Positions 10,597 to 24,306 of a stretch of 56,449 nucleotides of DNA are shown piece after piece. Made by a program: the position numbers and the translations under genes. The first letter of the stretch is position 1; each line of letters opens with the position of its first letter. The stretch covers positions 1-56,449 of the forward strand of contig JBFLGF010000095.1 of NCBI GenBank assembly GCA_050230475.1, written 5' to 3'. The stretch is from Ancylonema sp. Its lineage: Eukaryota. Under the pieces are notes generated by a model, which saw only the letters and a list, made by a program, of their open reading frames with translations, made no database searches and was not told the origin of the DNA.

Positions 10597-13217
10597 CTAG
10601 GTGGACTTCTCCAAGGCAGGCATATCTGCAAACCGGGAGAGAAAGAGTCGTTAACATTTCATCAGCATCTATCCACTTCTTTCCCTCCTGAGTCACAAAC
10701 ACATGTTGTTATAAGCAACATCGAACATTGAACGTCTTCATGGCAAGTGACAATGACAACAACATGACCGCTTTTCATTTCGACATATTTGCCCTCTGCA
10801 ATATCTCTAAATGGCCACACGTAGCCTCCATATCTGGATATATTTCCACTTCTCTCTATTCATTTCATCGCATATGAAATATATTTCTAGTTTCACCCAC
10901 ATGATAGAAGTTGAATTAACAATAACTTATATGACTCACCTTCATCGTCCTCCTCATCATCATCCAAATCACCCATGTCGGGCCCATCGCCCATCCCTCC
11001 GAGGCCCTCAAATCCACCCATCCCTCCCATCCCCCCCATCCCCCCCATCCCCCCCATCCCACCCATCCCACCCATACCCCCCATACCCCCCATCCCTCCC
11101 ATGCCCCCCATGCCCCCCATGCCACCCATGCTCCCCATCATGCTTTCAAGCCCTCCTCCCCCCATGCCCTGCATACATCAACCATTGTACATGAGTATCA
11201 CACATACTTTACTCCTGCTTGTCTTTTGTCGTCTTGTGCAAAAAAAATGAAAAAAAATTGAGTTGCTCACTGCAGAAAAAACGTGTATGGAAGCAAGTGT
11301 TGCATCGATACTGCTAGACAAAGGTGTATCTTTAAAACTTGCATTGGTGGGCTTCGTCTATTACTATGAGCTGCACGCTACACTCTACCATTCACTACTG
11401 TTACCATGTAGAGACAAATTACACCATTACTTCCAAGAATACTTTAGCGAGGTACTTACCCCAAAGCTGCTCATATCCATGTTATTCACTGCCAAACAGA
11501 AACAATGGGTGACCAGATGTCAGAATGGATGCCCGACCACATTGAGTCTTAGCTCCACTGCATCCTCTCATGTCTCAGGATCGATTTTACCCACATGGCA
11601 TGCACGACTTGCTACTCAGGTTTTTGGTTTTAGTTGTAAAGATATTCAGCCAAGAAGGTCATACATTAATTGATGTTCGGGTAAGTAGCTAATTCGCTAC
11701 TATATTTATGCGCCTTCAGCTGCTACGATATATGGGACATCATGGTCAGAATCGCAACCCTTCTCAGCAAGATCAACCCATACTATGCTGCTAATTACAA
11801 CAACAATTTATCTTTGTACGTGTCAATGGCTAGAGCCCTCAGATACCCAGTCCTCTGTTTACCACTGACCTTACAAAACCCCTTTCTGCTGTTGCAGCGT
11901 CACAGGAGAAAATACCAGGTTTCAGGATGTAGGGTTTAGGGTTTAGTGCTCTTGCTTACTCGGATCTGGAGCCTCAGATTCTTCATCCTCGTCCACATAT
12001 TTACTCCAGTCTACTTTGACAAAGGCAGGGGGTTTGCCTTCAGCCTTCAATAGTCTCTTCCACCACACACTCTCCTCTTTTGCTAGTATCAAAATCGTGT
12101 GGCGCGTCGTTACACTAGTCTTACTAGACTGCGACGACAAAATCAAAAAACAAGACCACATCCTTCACCACAGGTCAAAATGTGAAAAGGAGTGAAAAGG
12201 TACAAGACTACCAGAATAGCACACCGTCCCGCAGAAGCCTCTGCAGAAAAGACCTGTCGAAGGCCAAAACCAAATTCCGTTTTCACACTCGTCTTTCTGT
12301 AGAGACATCATACACTGTACAAAGGCGTTGCAGTATTATGAAACAGACTTCAATGAGAAGCAAGTGCTCCACTGTCTTGCAGCCATGTTCACAATCCGTT
12401 ACCACCATGAGCATTAAGATAAAATCTTCCTGACTTCTTTTACTAGATGTTGACATTTACCTAGTTCCTGCTGTTCATATGAGTGCACAGGTTGCAGAAT
12501 TTTGGAATCTAACCTGGGATGCTGATAGCTTCCAAAATTATGAAGGGCCAGAATGGAACTTAGATGTGACCCATTGTTATGTCTTACTACAGCATAACCC
12601 ATAAATTTGGGGTGGATGTTACGTAACTGTATTTTAATGGCCCAGAATGTGCATGGCCACCCACACAGAGTGTTTTGAAAGGATGTACCTCTACATCAAT
12701 TTTGTCGAAAAGCTCAAGTTCTGTCTCAAATTTCGTGTTGTCTTTGCCGACCGTTGCGGAATACGTAAATTTGCCTTCTGGAGTAATTTCACATTTTGTG
12801 TCTTTTGCATCTGGTAGCTCAACTGTCAAGTACACCTTGTCTGACCGCTGAGCCCACTTGATTTCAGGATGTCGACTGCAAAAAGCAGTTGAAGATTTCC
12901 AAATCAGCTGACATCCATCCTCATTCCTAATCTACCAGTGTGTACACATGCGATAGACAAAACATATTGGATGACCGGGTCGTTCTGCAGAAATCATGCA
13001 GTGATTGGTGCACCATCTAAATGGTGTGGTCTGGTGATCACGGAAACCTCATATCCTAATGTAGTCTAAGTAATTCAAGGCTGTGAAAATAGTACGAATA
13101 AGCGAGCTATGCTGAGCTGGCCATACTCAATTTTCCTTCACAGAAACAAAGGCAATTATTCGTCACGTCACGTATCTAGATACAAAAAGTTAAATGAGAA
13201 TCTTCCGTTTACCTCAT
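10597..13217 (-). CDS. P23: HSP90 co-chaperone p23 (Sba1/PTGES3 family) with GGM-repeat tail
   Basis: Exons 13217-13213 (ATGAG), 12875-12689, 12128-11960, 11488-11460, 11168-10940 and 10625-10597 give MSRHPEIKWAQRSDKVYLTVELPDAKD...WWKRLLK...VKVDWSKYVDEDEE...(GGM)n...DMPALEKST*. Confidence 0.93.
11010..11140 (-). repeat. Coding 9-bp tandem repeat encoding (Gly-Gly-Met)n in p23
   Basis: Repeated CCCCCCAT(C/A/G)-type units on +, translating to GGMGGMGGM... on the minus strand. Confidence 0.9.
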
Positions 13218-13752
13218 GATTAATGTATGGTAATGTCAGTTTTGCGACAACTCAAACGCAGTACTTCTACAGAGGTGCTATTCTGAGTAGGAAGGGCTGC
13301 ACAGACACTCTAACAAGCACGCAGATCACAGAAATGTTGCTTGCTCCCTGCTGACATTGATTAGTATTCCTGCTGCTTTTAGCTCGGAGTTGTATCAAGC
13401 TTTCATGTACACATCAGCAACCCTTGCCATTCGTGGAAAGTTCCAGAATAACCGGAGCAGGTGTTTTCAACTTCTTCACCTTCATCCATTAACCGCAAAT
13501 ATATTGAACCCAACCCTCCGGGGTTCTCGGTTTACCGAATAATAGTACGTTATAACGGGGTCACTCTGTGAAAACATGACGGTCAACGATTCGCCTGTTT
13601 GCAGTGGAGGGCTTCGGGCTTATGTTCTGTGGAGAGAAGAGAGATCCAGTTTGGCTTTCCTCGTGTTGACACTGAAGTAACAGCAACTTCTCACGATTAT
13701 CGTACGATTCACGGGACCAGATTGCTTCAAAAAATCTTTCGCAGACGTTGCA
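13218..13752. promoter_or_regulatory. Divergent (head-to-head) intergenic region between p23 and SmF
   Basis: 535 bp between oppositely oriented start codons. Confidence 0.5.
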
Positions 13753-15823
13753 ATGAATACTGTTCCCGTAAACCCGAAGCCATTTTTGAATGACTTGACG
13801 GGAAAATCAGTCATAGTGAAACTGAAGTGGGGAATGGAGTACAAAGGTACGTCTTAATTTTCCTCCCTATCACTCTTTTCGCAATAGGATTGAATTACCG
13901 CTGCTTTGTACAGCTGTGTAGAGCGATCACACATACTTTACGCAGCTTGCCGAGCTGCAGACTTGTAGGAGACAAACTGGCCACTGCGAAGGCTTTGGCC
14001 AAAAAATTAATACACGGGAAGGGAAGATTACCATTAGGGAAGATTGCCAAAGTCAACACCGCATCAAACTCACGATTTCAAGTACAAAAACTATTTTTTT
14101 CGCCCCCAAACGATGGTTTCATTACATGTAGATTTCGTTTCTGAGACCTCGCTTGATAGCAGTACAGACTAGCCAGGCCGGCCATGTCTCTCGACTGAGG
14201 TGTCATCTTTATCTGAACCTTTATACCCGGATTTACCTGAGTTTAGGGTTTTCCGCTGTGCCACTTGTGCACATTGTCACATAGTTTACGTTACATGATT
14301 GATATTTCGTACTGTCTTTCCATATATAATGCTGTAGCGGGATATCAGCGCTTTTAACAAAAGTATCGTGTCGCATATCTCTCTGCAGCCATAATGGAGC
14401 TGTTTATAAATTGACCTTACATAGCAAAACATAAAACCTGACAGACCGCCCTGGCACTGTCTGTCTGGACCACGGTCTCAAATTCACATTCACCCAGTCT
14501 GAGCAACTGTACTTGCCATACACATTGCAGTCATCTATATGCAACACATGATTCCCCCCATAATTATAAGCTGCCCAAAGTATTAAGTTTTCAAGGTATT
14601 GAAAGAAGTATGGATGAAAGTATATCAATACCTGTAATGCATCAGTACCTGGTACCAACTGAGTCGAGCGCCTTCATCCCACCCCCATCTGAATTACTTA
14701 AGCAGTGAGTAGCTTGCTGATAAATTCGGATCGGATTTCTTTGGTGGGTTGCAGGTGTTTTGGTTTCGGTTGACTCTTACATGAATCTACAGGTGAGTTT
14801 ATTCGAAGTGGGGGTCGGAAGTGTGAGCACTTTTAATATAGCCACCATTTCGAGATTAAAGACTCTTTACAATAACCTCCTTCACTATGGCGCACATATT
14901 TGTTTCATGCATTTGGTAGAATATTGCATTTCAAATCTCTATGAAGGCGACAGATGAACACCGGCTCAAATGATTTAAACTTGGTCTCTACGTTTTTACC
15001 TTGTGTATAATTGTGTGTGTTGTCTACGAATCTATTTAAATTACTTGATTGAATCCGAGGTGCATACTCAAAGGATGCCTTTTAGAAACAAAAAGGAATG
15101 ACTTCTCTTTTGTCATCACTCGGATGTGTGTAATCGAAATGGCCATGTATTGATTGTGTGTGCATACATACACATACAAAAATGCACGCAAAACGTATTT
15201 ACGAAATGTGAGGTGCGCATCTTGCATAGCTCTACAATTAGTTAGTGATATTTTTGTGCTTATCATGACATCATGGTCGGTGTTTTCAGTAATAGTGTAA
15301 TTATTTGTCGCTTTATATTTCGTATACATGTATATGTCACTATCATAGATCTATGTGAATTCCGGAATTGATTCTTTCTTTTGTGATTGGATTGGCGTTG
15401 CATCCATGGCAGCTCGCGAGTACAGAAGAGACAATCGATGGGCAAGTGACGGGAAATCTGGGGGAGGTGCTAATAAGGTAATTAGTTTCCATCAAAGTGA
15501 AGGGGGAAGAGTCTTTGCTTCAAAATGACGTCGGAATCCTCGGGGGGTAATCATGGTGACAGCCCCACACGATGTACAAAGACTGCACATAACATTTCTA
15601 GGGGGGAATCATGAAGCTTGGAAACGGAAATGTACTACCTAAATGAGAATGTTGGAATTGAGAATTTGTACGTTGTTATACTTTTTAATCGGTTTAAAAG
15701 GAGAGTCCAATGTCCCGGCAGCGTCTAATGGATCTTGTCGTGGGAATGGGCAGATGCAACAATGTTTTGTACCTAAGAGGTGTGCCCGAAGATGGAGAGA
15801 TGAAGGATGCAGATGATGAATGA
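13753..15823 (+). CDS. SNRPF: Small nuclear ribonucleoprotein F (SmF)
   Basis: Exons 13753-13846, 14755-14792, 15413-15477 and 15754-15823 give [88 protein letters not shown]. The supplied ORF track misses it. Confidence 0.96.
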
Positions 15824-17275
15824 AGACTCGAGTGCGCGCATGCTTCTTCATCTTTCTTACATCCCTTGAGCGGTTGTATAATAATCTACATACAACCAGA
15901 GATCCCTCTCTCTTGCCGTTTTGATTTGCAACTGGATCTCATAAACTTGCTTGACATGCTAGCTAGTGGTGTGTGGCAAACGCGCGCCTCTTTGTTGAGA
16001 CATTAGGAAGCGTTTAGGGAGCGGCTTTCAAAGTGGATATGTGTGCTTTCGTGAAGATTTTAGAGTTGTCGATGGGAAGGGTGGGTGTGGTAGACATGGC
16101 GACATGTCGACATGGACACCTTTCTCCAATTGTAGATCGCTCATTTGTTGAGTGGAAGCGTAACATTAGAATACCAAATGTCTAGCATGTGAACCGGCAA
16201 GAAGTTCAATTGCAACTAGTTGGTGCATTAAAGCCCTTTGTTTCACATCCCACAAGTTTCTGGAGTGAAGGACATTGAAGGTTTATATATTTTTTTTCAA
16301 TGTCGTACATGAATGCAAAATGCTCCCGGCTCGTAGTTAATCCCCATCAGGTGAACACTACCGCATTGTTTGCCATGTGAAGCAACGTGGAAACACAACA
16401 ACATGTAGACAACGAAAGTCCGCGCCTTGAGTTTATGATGTCCTGATATGACAATTAACTTTTATATATATCTTCACCAAGGACGTGAAATTAAATGCTT
16501 GGATAAAAGTGTACGAGTGATTAATCCATTGTGGAGATAGCGTGCTGTCAATTTCACCAAGAAAAGAAACAAACAACAAATCTACAACATACCATAATAG
16601 TGCTTGTTAATACACAGACGCCCAACAATCTGGAGCTTAAATCCTGCACCTAGCAAGGGGGGCCGAGACCTGGTACAAAGAAGCACAATGCGGAGTAGAA
16701 ACTCGTGCGTTTGGTTCATAATTTATATTGAATCAATTATTCACGGTCTTTGGAGTGGCAGACGAGATAGACTCACATAGAAATGGGTAGAGTGCGGCAT
16801 ACCTTAGGCTGACTCAGAAAAGCTACATCTGTTCTTCTCGGTGGCGCACTCAAAGAGAGTGAAAGAGTAAAATATGCGGAAAAAAAAGACGCTGAAGATG
16901 AAAAATGAAATCATGGAAACGAGATTCTGCCTTGAATGGAGATGGTCTTCTTTAGACCAGTCTATTGGGATGGCCAGCTCTTGCCTAGTCCCACATAAAT
17001 TTGTGGACTGGGAATTTAGCATACTGGGGTCTGGAATGGAATGGACTGGATTGGGATCCGGACGGGGCTGGGGTAGATTGGGCCCATTAGACCGGCCAGT
17101 CTAATGGAATGGCCGGCCCCAGTTCGGTCCCCGAAACTGAAACTGGCCTCCCAGTCAGTCATAAATGATAGCGTGCATTGTCTGCTGATTTATTCTACCG
17201 GTATACCATAAAGGGGTACACTATGTCAGTCATACGAGTGGCTGTGTAGCTAACGCAGGAAACAAATGCGGCAAA

Positions 17276-19409
17276 ATGGTAATCAACGCAATAACAGACG
17301 GGCTACGAGGCTCCCTCGTGATCGCACAGTCCTCCACAAAACTAATCGCCTGCGTGAATAAACTCAACACTACACCGGATAACACGCACAGGCACGTCAC
17401 CAGGTGTCAATACACTGTCCAAAACATCGCCCTGCCACGTGTCGCAGGCTCACAGCGGTCAAATATTCGCGAGACTGTCCCCCCTCCCCAAACTGAAGAA
17501 GAAAAGCAAACGATTCCCGACGAGGTTTCCCCTCAACTCGGACTTCACACGAACCGCAGAACAGTTTTGGCTTCCTTACCTCTTCTCACCATCGCTACGT
17601 TTCCTTCCGTTTCCATAGCTGACGTGGCTCCACCAGATGGATCCTTTGCCGCCCGACAATCCCTGACCAGCATCGAAATGTTACCCCAGTCGCCACCTGT
17701 TTCTCCCCAACCTTTCCCTCCAGGACCGCAGCCACTGTTCGGGTTTGGGCAGAAAGAAATGGTGTATCCTGAATGGCTAGCTGGAACATGGTGAGGGGTG
17801 AGTATCCCTCGACCATGCTGTCAGGACCCGCCTATCTCATCTTCATCCCGCGTCAATCTATTCATGCATTCGCACCCACCTCTGTATCCACATCCTTACC
17901 TGTATCCGTATCTCTATCTGTATTAGTTTCGGTATCCGAATCTGTATCCGTATCCGTATTCGTATCCGTATTCGTATCTGGATCCATAGCCAGGTCACAT
18001 CTGGTCTTGAGTGTTCCGAACCGCAATCTCAAGGATCATCACTCTATACACACGGATTCTTGAAGCCCAGGTTTTCTTCCCACCTCCACTGCCTCATTCC
18101 CCCTTCCCCCAAACCCCCCATCCCCGTTTTCTTGGGTCCAGGAATATTTCTGCACATTTCGTGGGGTTCAGCACCCCCCTTGGCAGGACCTATCTCACCT
18201 CCTCTGTGGCTGGAGCTAAAAAGGTAAAATGCTAAAAGACAAGTTAAAGTTCTGGTATTCATACCAAGTATTTGGACCTCATGGAAAACCTTTTCTTAGA
18301 CCCACCATATTCTCTGAACGATGAAATGAAACTCACATCCCTCCTCATAACTCCTCTCAAATGATATCCCATCCTCATCCTCCCCACCTTCCCCCCTTTC
18401 CGGCATCTATTGGGGATGTATGCAGGCCAGCTGTCTCCTTCTTGCTGACGTAGGAGCCTCTCCCACTTACAAAACACGCTTTCTGACCCAGGTAACCAAC
18501 CCCTCCCACCCCCCCAACCCCCTCCCTCATGCCCTCCCACCCTCCCATCCCACTCCTCCCCAGCATTCCATCATGCCACCTGTCACCGCCACCAATGACC
18601 TTACAATTGGATGGGGTGGGGTGGTGCAGCCGGAGGGTGGGGAGGGAGTGGTGGGGGACCCTGTGTTCAATATGGAGGAATGTGTGGATGGGTTTCTGGG
18701 AGGTGGGAGTGTGAGAGCCATCAGGTGGGAATGATAAGTAGCCAATCCAGTTGTGACAGGTATCAATTAATAGAATGTCGTGAGGTGATTGGGGGATCGA
18801 TTGACAACTGTCCTCACATAGAGACACCTGTCAAGAACCCGTTTGCTTCTTCTAGTGCCACCTGGCTGCCCCCTCTGCTGCCCTTCATGAGGTCTCCACA
18901 TCGATCCTTATGGGTGGCATTATGATTCTGGTTTTTCGTTTTCTTTTCAGTTACGAGAGCAACCACTGGTCCATCTTGTACCAACTGCCCAGGAGAAGCA
19001 GTCCTGGCGCTGACACCTGGCGTGCTGTGAGTGGTTCTCACTCCTCTGATACCACCTACTTGTAGACAGCTGGCAAAGGGACAGGCGGAACAATGGGTGC
19101 TGAGCTGGCGAGTGTTTGGGAGCTTTTTGCAGGAGCTTTTTGCTGTAGGGCAGAAATCGGACCCCTTGCCAAACGTGAACCAAGGGACCGACTTTTTTTG
19201 CTCGCAGCAACATCGGCAGGTTGGACTTAAAGCCATTTTGAGTGAATGCATGAAAATTGTTGTGCACAAATGTTGCCCAATCTGTATGATATCAATTTGT
19301 TGTCAAGCGGAAATGGGTTTATTTTTTTTATCTTGTGATCAATATTATTATTTTTATTATTGGTATCATTATAATGAGTATTATCATTATTATTATCATT
19401 ATTATCATT

Positions 19410-19441
<32 letters not shown>

Positions 19442-20642
19442 TATTTCATGTTCCTTCGTTCAGAATTTGACAGGAGGTTCATGTTGCAGATTAGCAATGG
19501 TGGAGGACAAACACTCGCCCACACATTTAAGGTCATGCCAATCATACATATATGCTTGTTGAATCCTATGCAATGTACATATTCTCACACCTAGTTCTAT
19601 ATCTACATGTCATATATGTCAATACATCTTGTCATGCACCACACACCACCTATACTTTGATTGAATAGACTGAGACAAATGTGATTTTGATAACTGCAAT
19701 TGAGAGTTGCAAGTTGTGACACAAACTCAGAGGACATGTACGAATGGTGAAATTCCCATTCATGAGTCATGTTTTGTGTTGTTTTTTTTCTCTTTTCTTT
19801 ATTTTGGGGTCATACATTAGTGTCAGGATCGTTGTCATCATGAGGCATTGTCTCCTTCCTTTTCTTAGACGAGAAAAACACACAAGATGATACCCATTAC
19901 GTATTTTAGGTTTCAATTGTCAATATACATATGAACAATATTTATGTTTTATATGTATACATGTACAACTTAACCATGTAAACATAAGTGCATGTGTACA
20001 TGTCTATACCCACGTGTATATATGTCTTTGTGTATGTTGTGTATTTATGTATACATGCATAAAAAAATACATAAATACATATGTATGTATATGTGTATGT
20101 GTATGCAAGTGGTGGGGGCGTAATGTACACAACAACAAATAACTCAACATGAATGCCATTTTCCGTTGTTTGTTTCGGACCCGCAGGTAAAATGGCAATA
20201 TCGGTACAGAGACCCATCCTCAATTTCTGTGCTCCAACAAGTGGAAGCCTTTCTACAGGTAGGAAAACAATCAGTATATGTGAACTTTTAAAACAAGGAT
20301 ATGGATGGGAGTCGCAAAATGGAATACTTTGTGGATTTGGAGTTCGATATAATTTTGACCTCGCACCAACTTTAGCTGCAGTGAGTTGAACCGATATGCG
20401 GGAATAAGTTTTGTTGAAATGTGTGTATAAAATTATCGCAATAAGTCAATAGTTGTGAAATTTCATGATGCAGGTAATCATTTATGGGAGTATTGTGTGC
20501 AACCGTGAATGTAAAAGCTTGACTTAAAAAAGGATCTAGTTTTCATGTGCCTATTTTGCAGCCTCAAGACGCAGCATTCTTTGAGACGCAAGGAAGAGCG
20601 GTCGTCATTTATGACTACGCGCTACAAATGCACAAGATTTAG
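17276..20642 (+). CDS. DUF6816-like plastid protein with probable bipartite (Tat) thylakoid-lumen targeting signal
   Basis: Nine in-phase exons: 17276-17790, 18142-18223, 18426-18491, 18630-18724, 18951-19026, 19133-19219, 19490-19531, 20187-20258, 20562-20642. Motifs YPEWLAGTW, VVGDPVFN and AFLQPQDAAFFETQGRAVVIYDY resemble the cyanobacterial/plant DUF6816 family. The N-terminus carries NRRTVLASLPLL...SIA. Confidence 0.72.
17880..17987 (+). repeat. Degenerate GTATCC/GTATTC hexamer repeat in intron
   Basis: tctgtatccgtatccgtattcgtatccgtattcgtatct. Confidence 0.7.
19380..19443 (+). repeat. (TAT/CAT)n microsatellite, intronic
   Basis: Direct reading of the sequence. Confidence 0.9.
19940..20104 (+). 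repeat. Degenerate TATG/TACA low-complexity repeat, intronic
   Basis: atatgtatacatg...gtatgtatatgtgtatgtgtatg. Confidence 0.6.
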
Positions 20643-20940
20643 TGATGCAATTCAGAGGTTGGGTGTAAGGTTGCGTACTATTTGTGGGTGTTTTTTACAC
20701 ATGGGGGAAGTGTTTGTTAGATATATACACATAGGAGAAATTTTACACACCAATTTGTAGTGTAAACAAGTGAAATGTGAAATAAGGTTCTTGATAGAAT
20801 GTTGTGCATAAGGTTACCTTTTTGTGGTGAATATTGTCATATCATGTAAATATTTCAAAGAATATGAGTGGTGAGAGAAAAACATCGATTTGTGGAGAGT
20901 CTTGCATTTGAACATGTGCGATTTGTACTACAAATATTAA

Positions 20941-21144
<204 letters not shown>

Positions 21145-22448
21145 ATGCACTTCGGCGTTGCGTGCAACTAAGATTAATTTATTCATATGTTCAAAATTGT
21201 CATAAGTGAAGACAAGCATACCATCCCTACACTGTGTTACTAAAGTATTTATCATGCCTCTTTTTTTCGACAATAAACCACAAGGTTTCCTCCACCGATC
21301 TCACTTTGCATCTTTTCTCATAAAAATAGTGTGGCTTTCGTGCTAGTGTCTTTAAGTGAGGTTCTCTTTGACCATGTTGTATTGCATTTCGACAAAGCGT
21401 GGCAAAGGGCCAAGAGTCACACCTTTTAGCTGGAGTTTGGTGTGCAGGGGCGAGTCAGTAAATTTTTGCGTTGTGAACATTATGTGAATTCAAGTAATAC
21501 TCGACCCTGAACTTGAATCCAACTTGTATTTGCACTCCAATCGAAAGACATGACACAAGAGAAGTTGCTAAAACGAAATCTCAAATTGGAACCATACCCA
21601 AACCGAGAGTTGTGAGAGTGTCCGATCTATGGCTTGTTCGAACACATCTTATCATAGGAGAAATAATCGACCAATTACATGCCGCCTTGTCTAATCATAT
21701 CCACGACATGGCTACTAAATAATAGTTTACTTGCCGTTTGGCCCATATTACGAGTTCACCCGTTTAGATATCGATATGCGAGCAATGGTGGCTAATGGTT
21801 CAGCTACTATCAAGTGCACTGCTTTGACTAATGTCTTGTTTGAGGCTACTCCAACTTCATCAAGTATGCGAGTTCCCGGGTCTACCAATAATCCCTTCAA
21901 ACGAAACCATCTCGTCACCGTGCAACGTAGTTACCCAAACGGACATCTCAATACAGGCACAATATTAGGGTGTTCCTTTTCACCAACAACAACTCACTCC
22001 ACATCACAAACACGCACACTAGGATGACAATGAATCTCGAGCTGAGATCGAATTAGAGTCATGTACGTAATTTTGTGTACCAACACATAGCAATTGTTAT
22101 TTCCCGACTTTGCTTGAAAATCGACACAGTTAGACCGGAATTATATTTTGTCCAATATTGGACGAGAAAATGAGACGCTGACTCACTTATCACAACAAAG
22201 CATCTCGCATCTGTGCGATTGTGCGCTATGTACGACTATGGTGTGGAATGCATCGATGTAAATAATGCTTGCTAAAAGCCCAAAAATACATTTGAAGACG
22301 AGGTGCCACCCATTCACCGAAATCAGGCATCACTCACGGAGACCGTCACCTTTTTTTTTTCTTTTTTTTTAAAAGTATATGTGGGTCTCACTTTGCATGT
22401 GACGGCTCATTTCAAAAAGTAGGACGTTTCTAGTCCACGCAATGTTTG

Positions 22449-24220
22449 TTAGCATAGCGTTGCCAATGATTCAATCTTTGCTTTTCCTTCCATCTCCTCT
22501 CTTGTTTGACCTATTATACGCTCGGCTAGAAGTAGATCCTCAGGAGTTGTGACCTGAAATAACCAAAAAATAATTCATCACAATCTCGAATGAGTGACAT
22601 TTGCTTCATTTTGAAACGTACAGTCGAGATACATTCACAAATAATTGTATCACCATAACGTTGTTTCCCATTTAGACAACAGGCCACACTTAAAGCACCC
22701 ATAGAATCACCCATCACTTCCAAACAACATACTAAGTATTCCTCACCCGTACTTACACTTCTACCCGATTCAATAACCGAACACACATGCAAACGGTGGG
22801 AGAAATACGAACCTTGAGGTTTGTGTACGACCCTTGCGTGATCCACACAGGGAGATTCAAATGCTCCACAATCGAAACGTCATCAGTAACTTCCAATTGT
22901 TCTCTGCAAGCCCAATATAATGATAAATACTCGATATTCCTATCCTTCTAATGACATACATTGTGAATCATTTGGTTTGCCATTTGACGAGGGCATGTGA
23001 GAAAAACGGTCAACATCTATTACCCCATCCCCTTGTTAGCAATCCCCCCCTAATCACGACCAAACGAGGTTTCCCACCTCTTAACAAGATCGAATCCTTC
23101 CCTTAACAATTCAGGTCTCACCACCTGTAATTCCTCCCCCCCCTCTAAGAGTCAAACCGATAATCAAATCCATGCCCGAGAAAGAGTGTGACCTCCAGGA
23201 ATCTTGTAGAATCTTGTAGAATCTTGTAGAATCTTGTAGAATCTTCTTTAAGCATCAGGAAGAATATGTGAGTTTGTGTCATAGCACACTGTGTCGATAT
23301 GTTGGCTTTTAATGAATTTCTCACTTTTGATTCACTCAACTTTCAGGCTCGAAGTGCCTGCACTTTCGGAGCATAGTCGAATAGAAATTAATGGAAAGTA
23401 CTCTTTCAATTTTCCCGCTTGTGATGTGCTCATCTACTTATTTCAATGTTATCTTAACATTAGTAATATTGAAATCCCAGACCTGTGGTGTTTGCATCTC
23501 CCACAAACTGCTCCTCTCCAACGTCTTCTCTACAAACCCATTTTTTTTAGCCTGAACCAACCCATCCCCCACCCCCCCATCCCCACCATCCACCCCTCAC
23601 CATCCATCCCTGAATCTTGCTTACATACACATATCTCATTGTTTACCTTTTATATCTATCTTTTTCTATTTCTATTTTTCTTTTCCATACCTCTTTTTTA
23701 TTTTATTTGATACTCTTCTTATCTCAGTCTATGGCACAGATCCTCTCACAGGTTGAAAGATAGCTAGTCGATCAACCGACAGCTACAGATTCGCGCCATA
23801 AGGGCTGGTTCTGGAGCATGAACGTGGTCGCACCATCCCTTATGAGCTACCCCACTCCTCCCCCACTCGCCTGTTTGATGGTTGCTTTCACCGGCACCCC
23901 CAAAACTGCCGCCCCATATTTCAGGCCATCAATCAGCACCTGCCAGGTGTCACCTTGTGAGAGGCCGTCAGAGATGTGTCTGAATCCAGGTGGCGTGCTG
24001 TGAGTGGTCCCACCTTTTTTGTGTCAGCGGCTGTAATCAGCGGTCGAGCTGAATCGTGAATGGCGACTACTTGGGAATCGGGACGGATTGCCTGGGGGGG
24101 GTGGTGCAGAAGAGGGGATGGGAGGCAGTTGGGGGGGAAGGGGGTATTGGGAGGAATGTAAGAGGGTGTGACGGGAATGATGCAGTATGATGGGAAATGT
24201 GAGGGATGATGGTGAGGATG

Positions 24221-24306
<86 letters not shown>

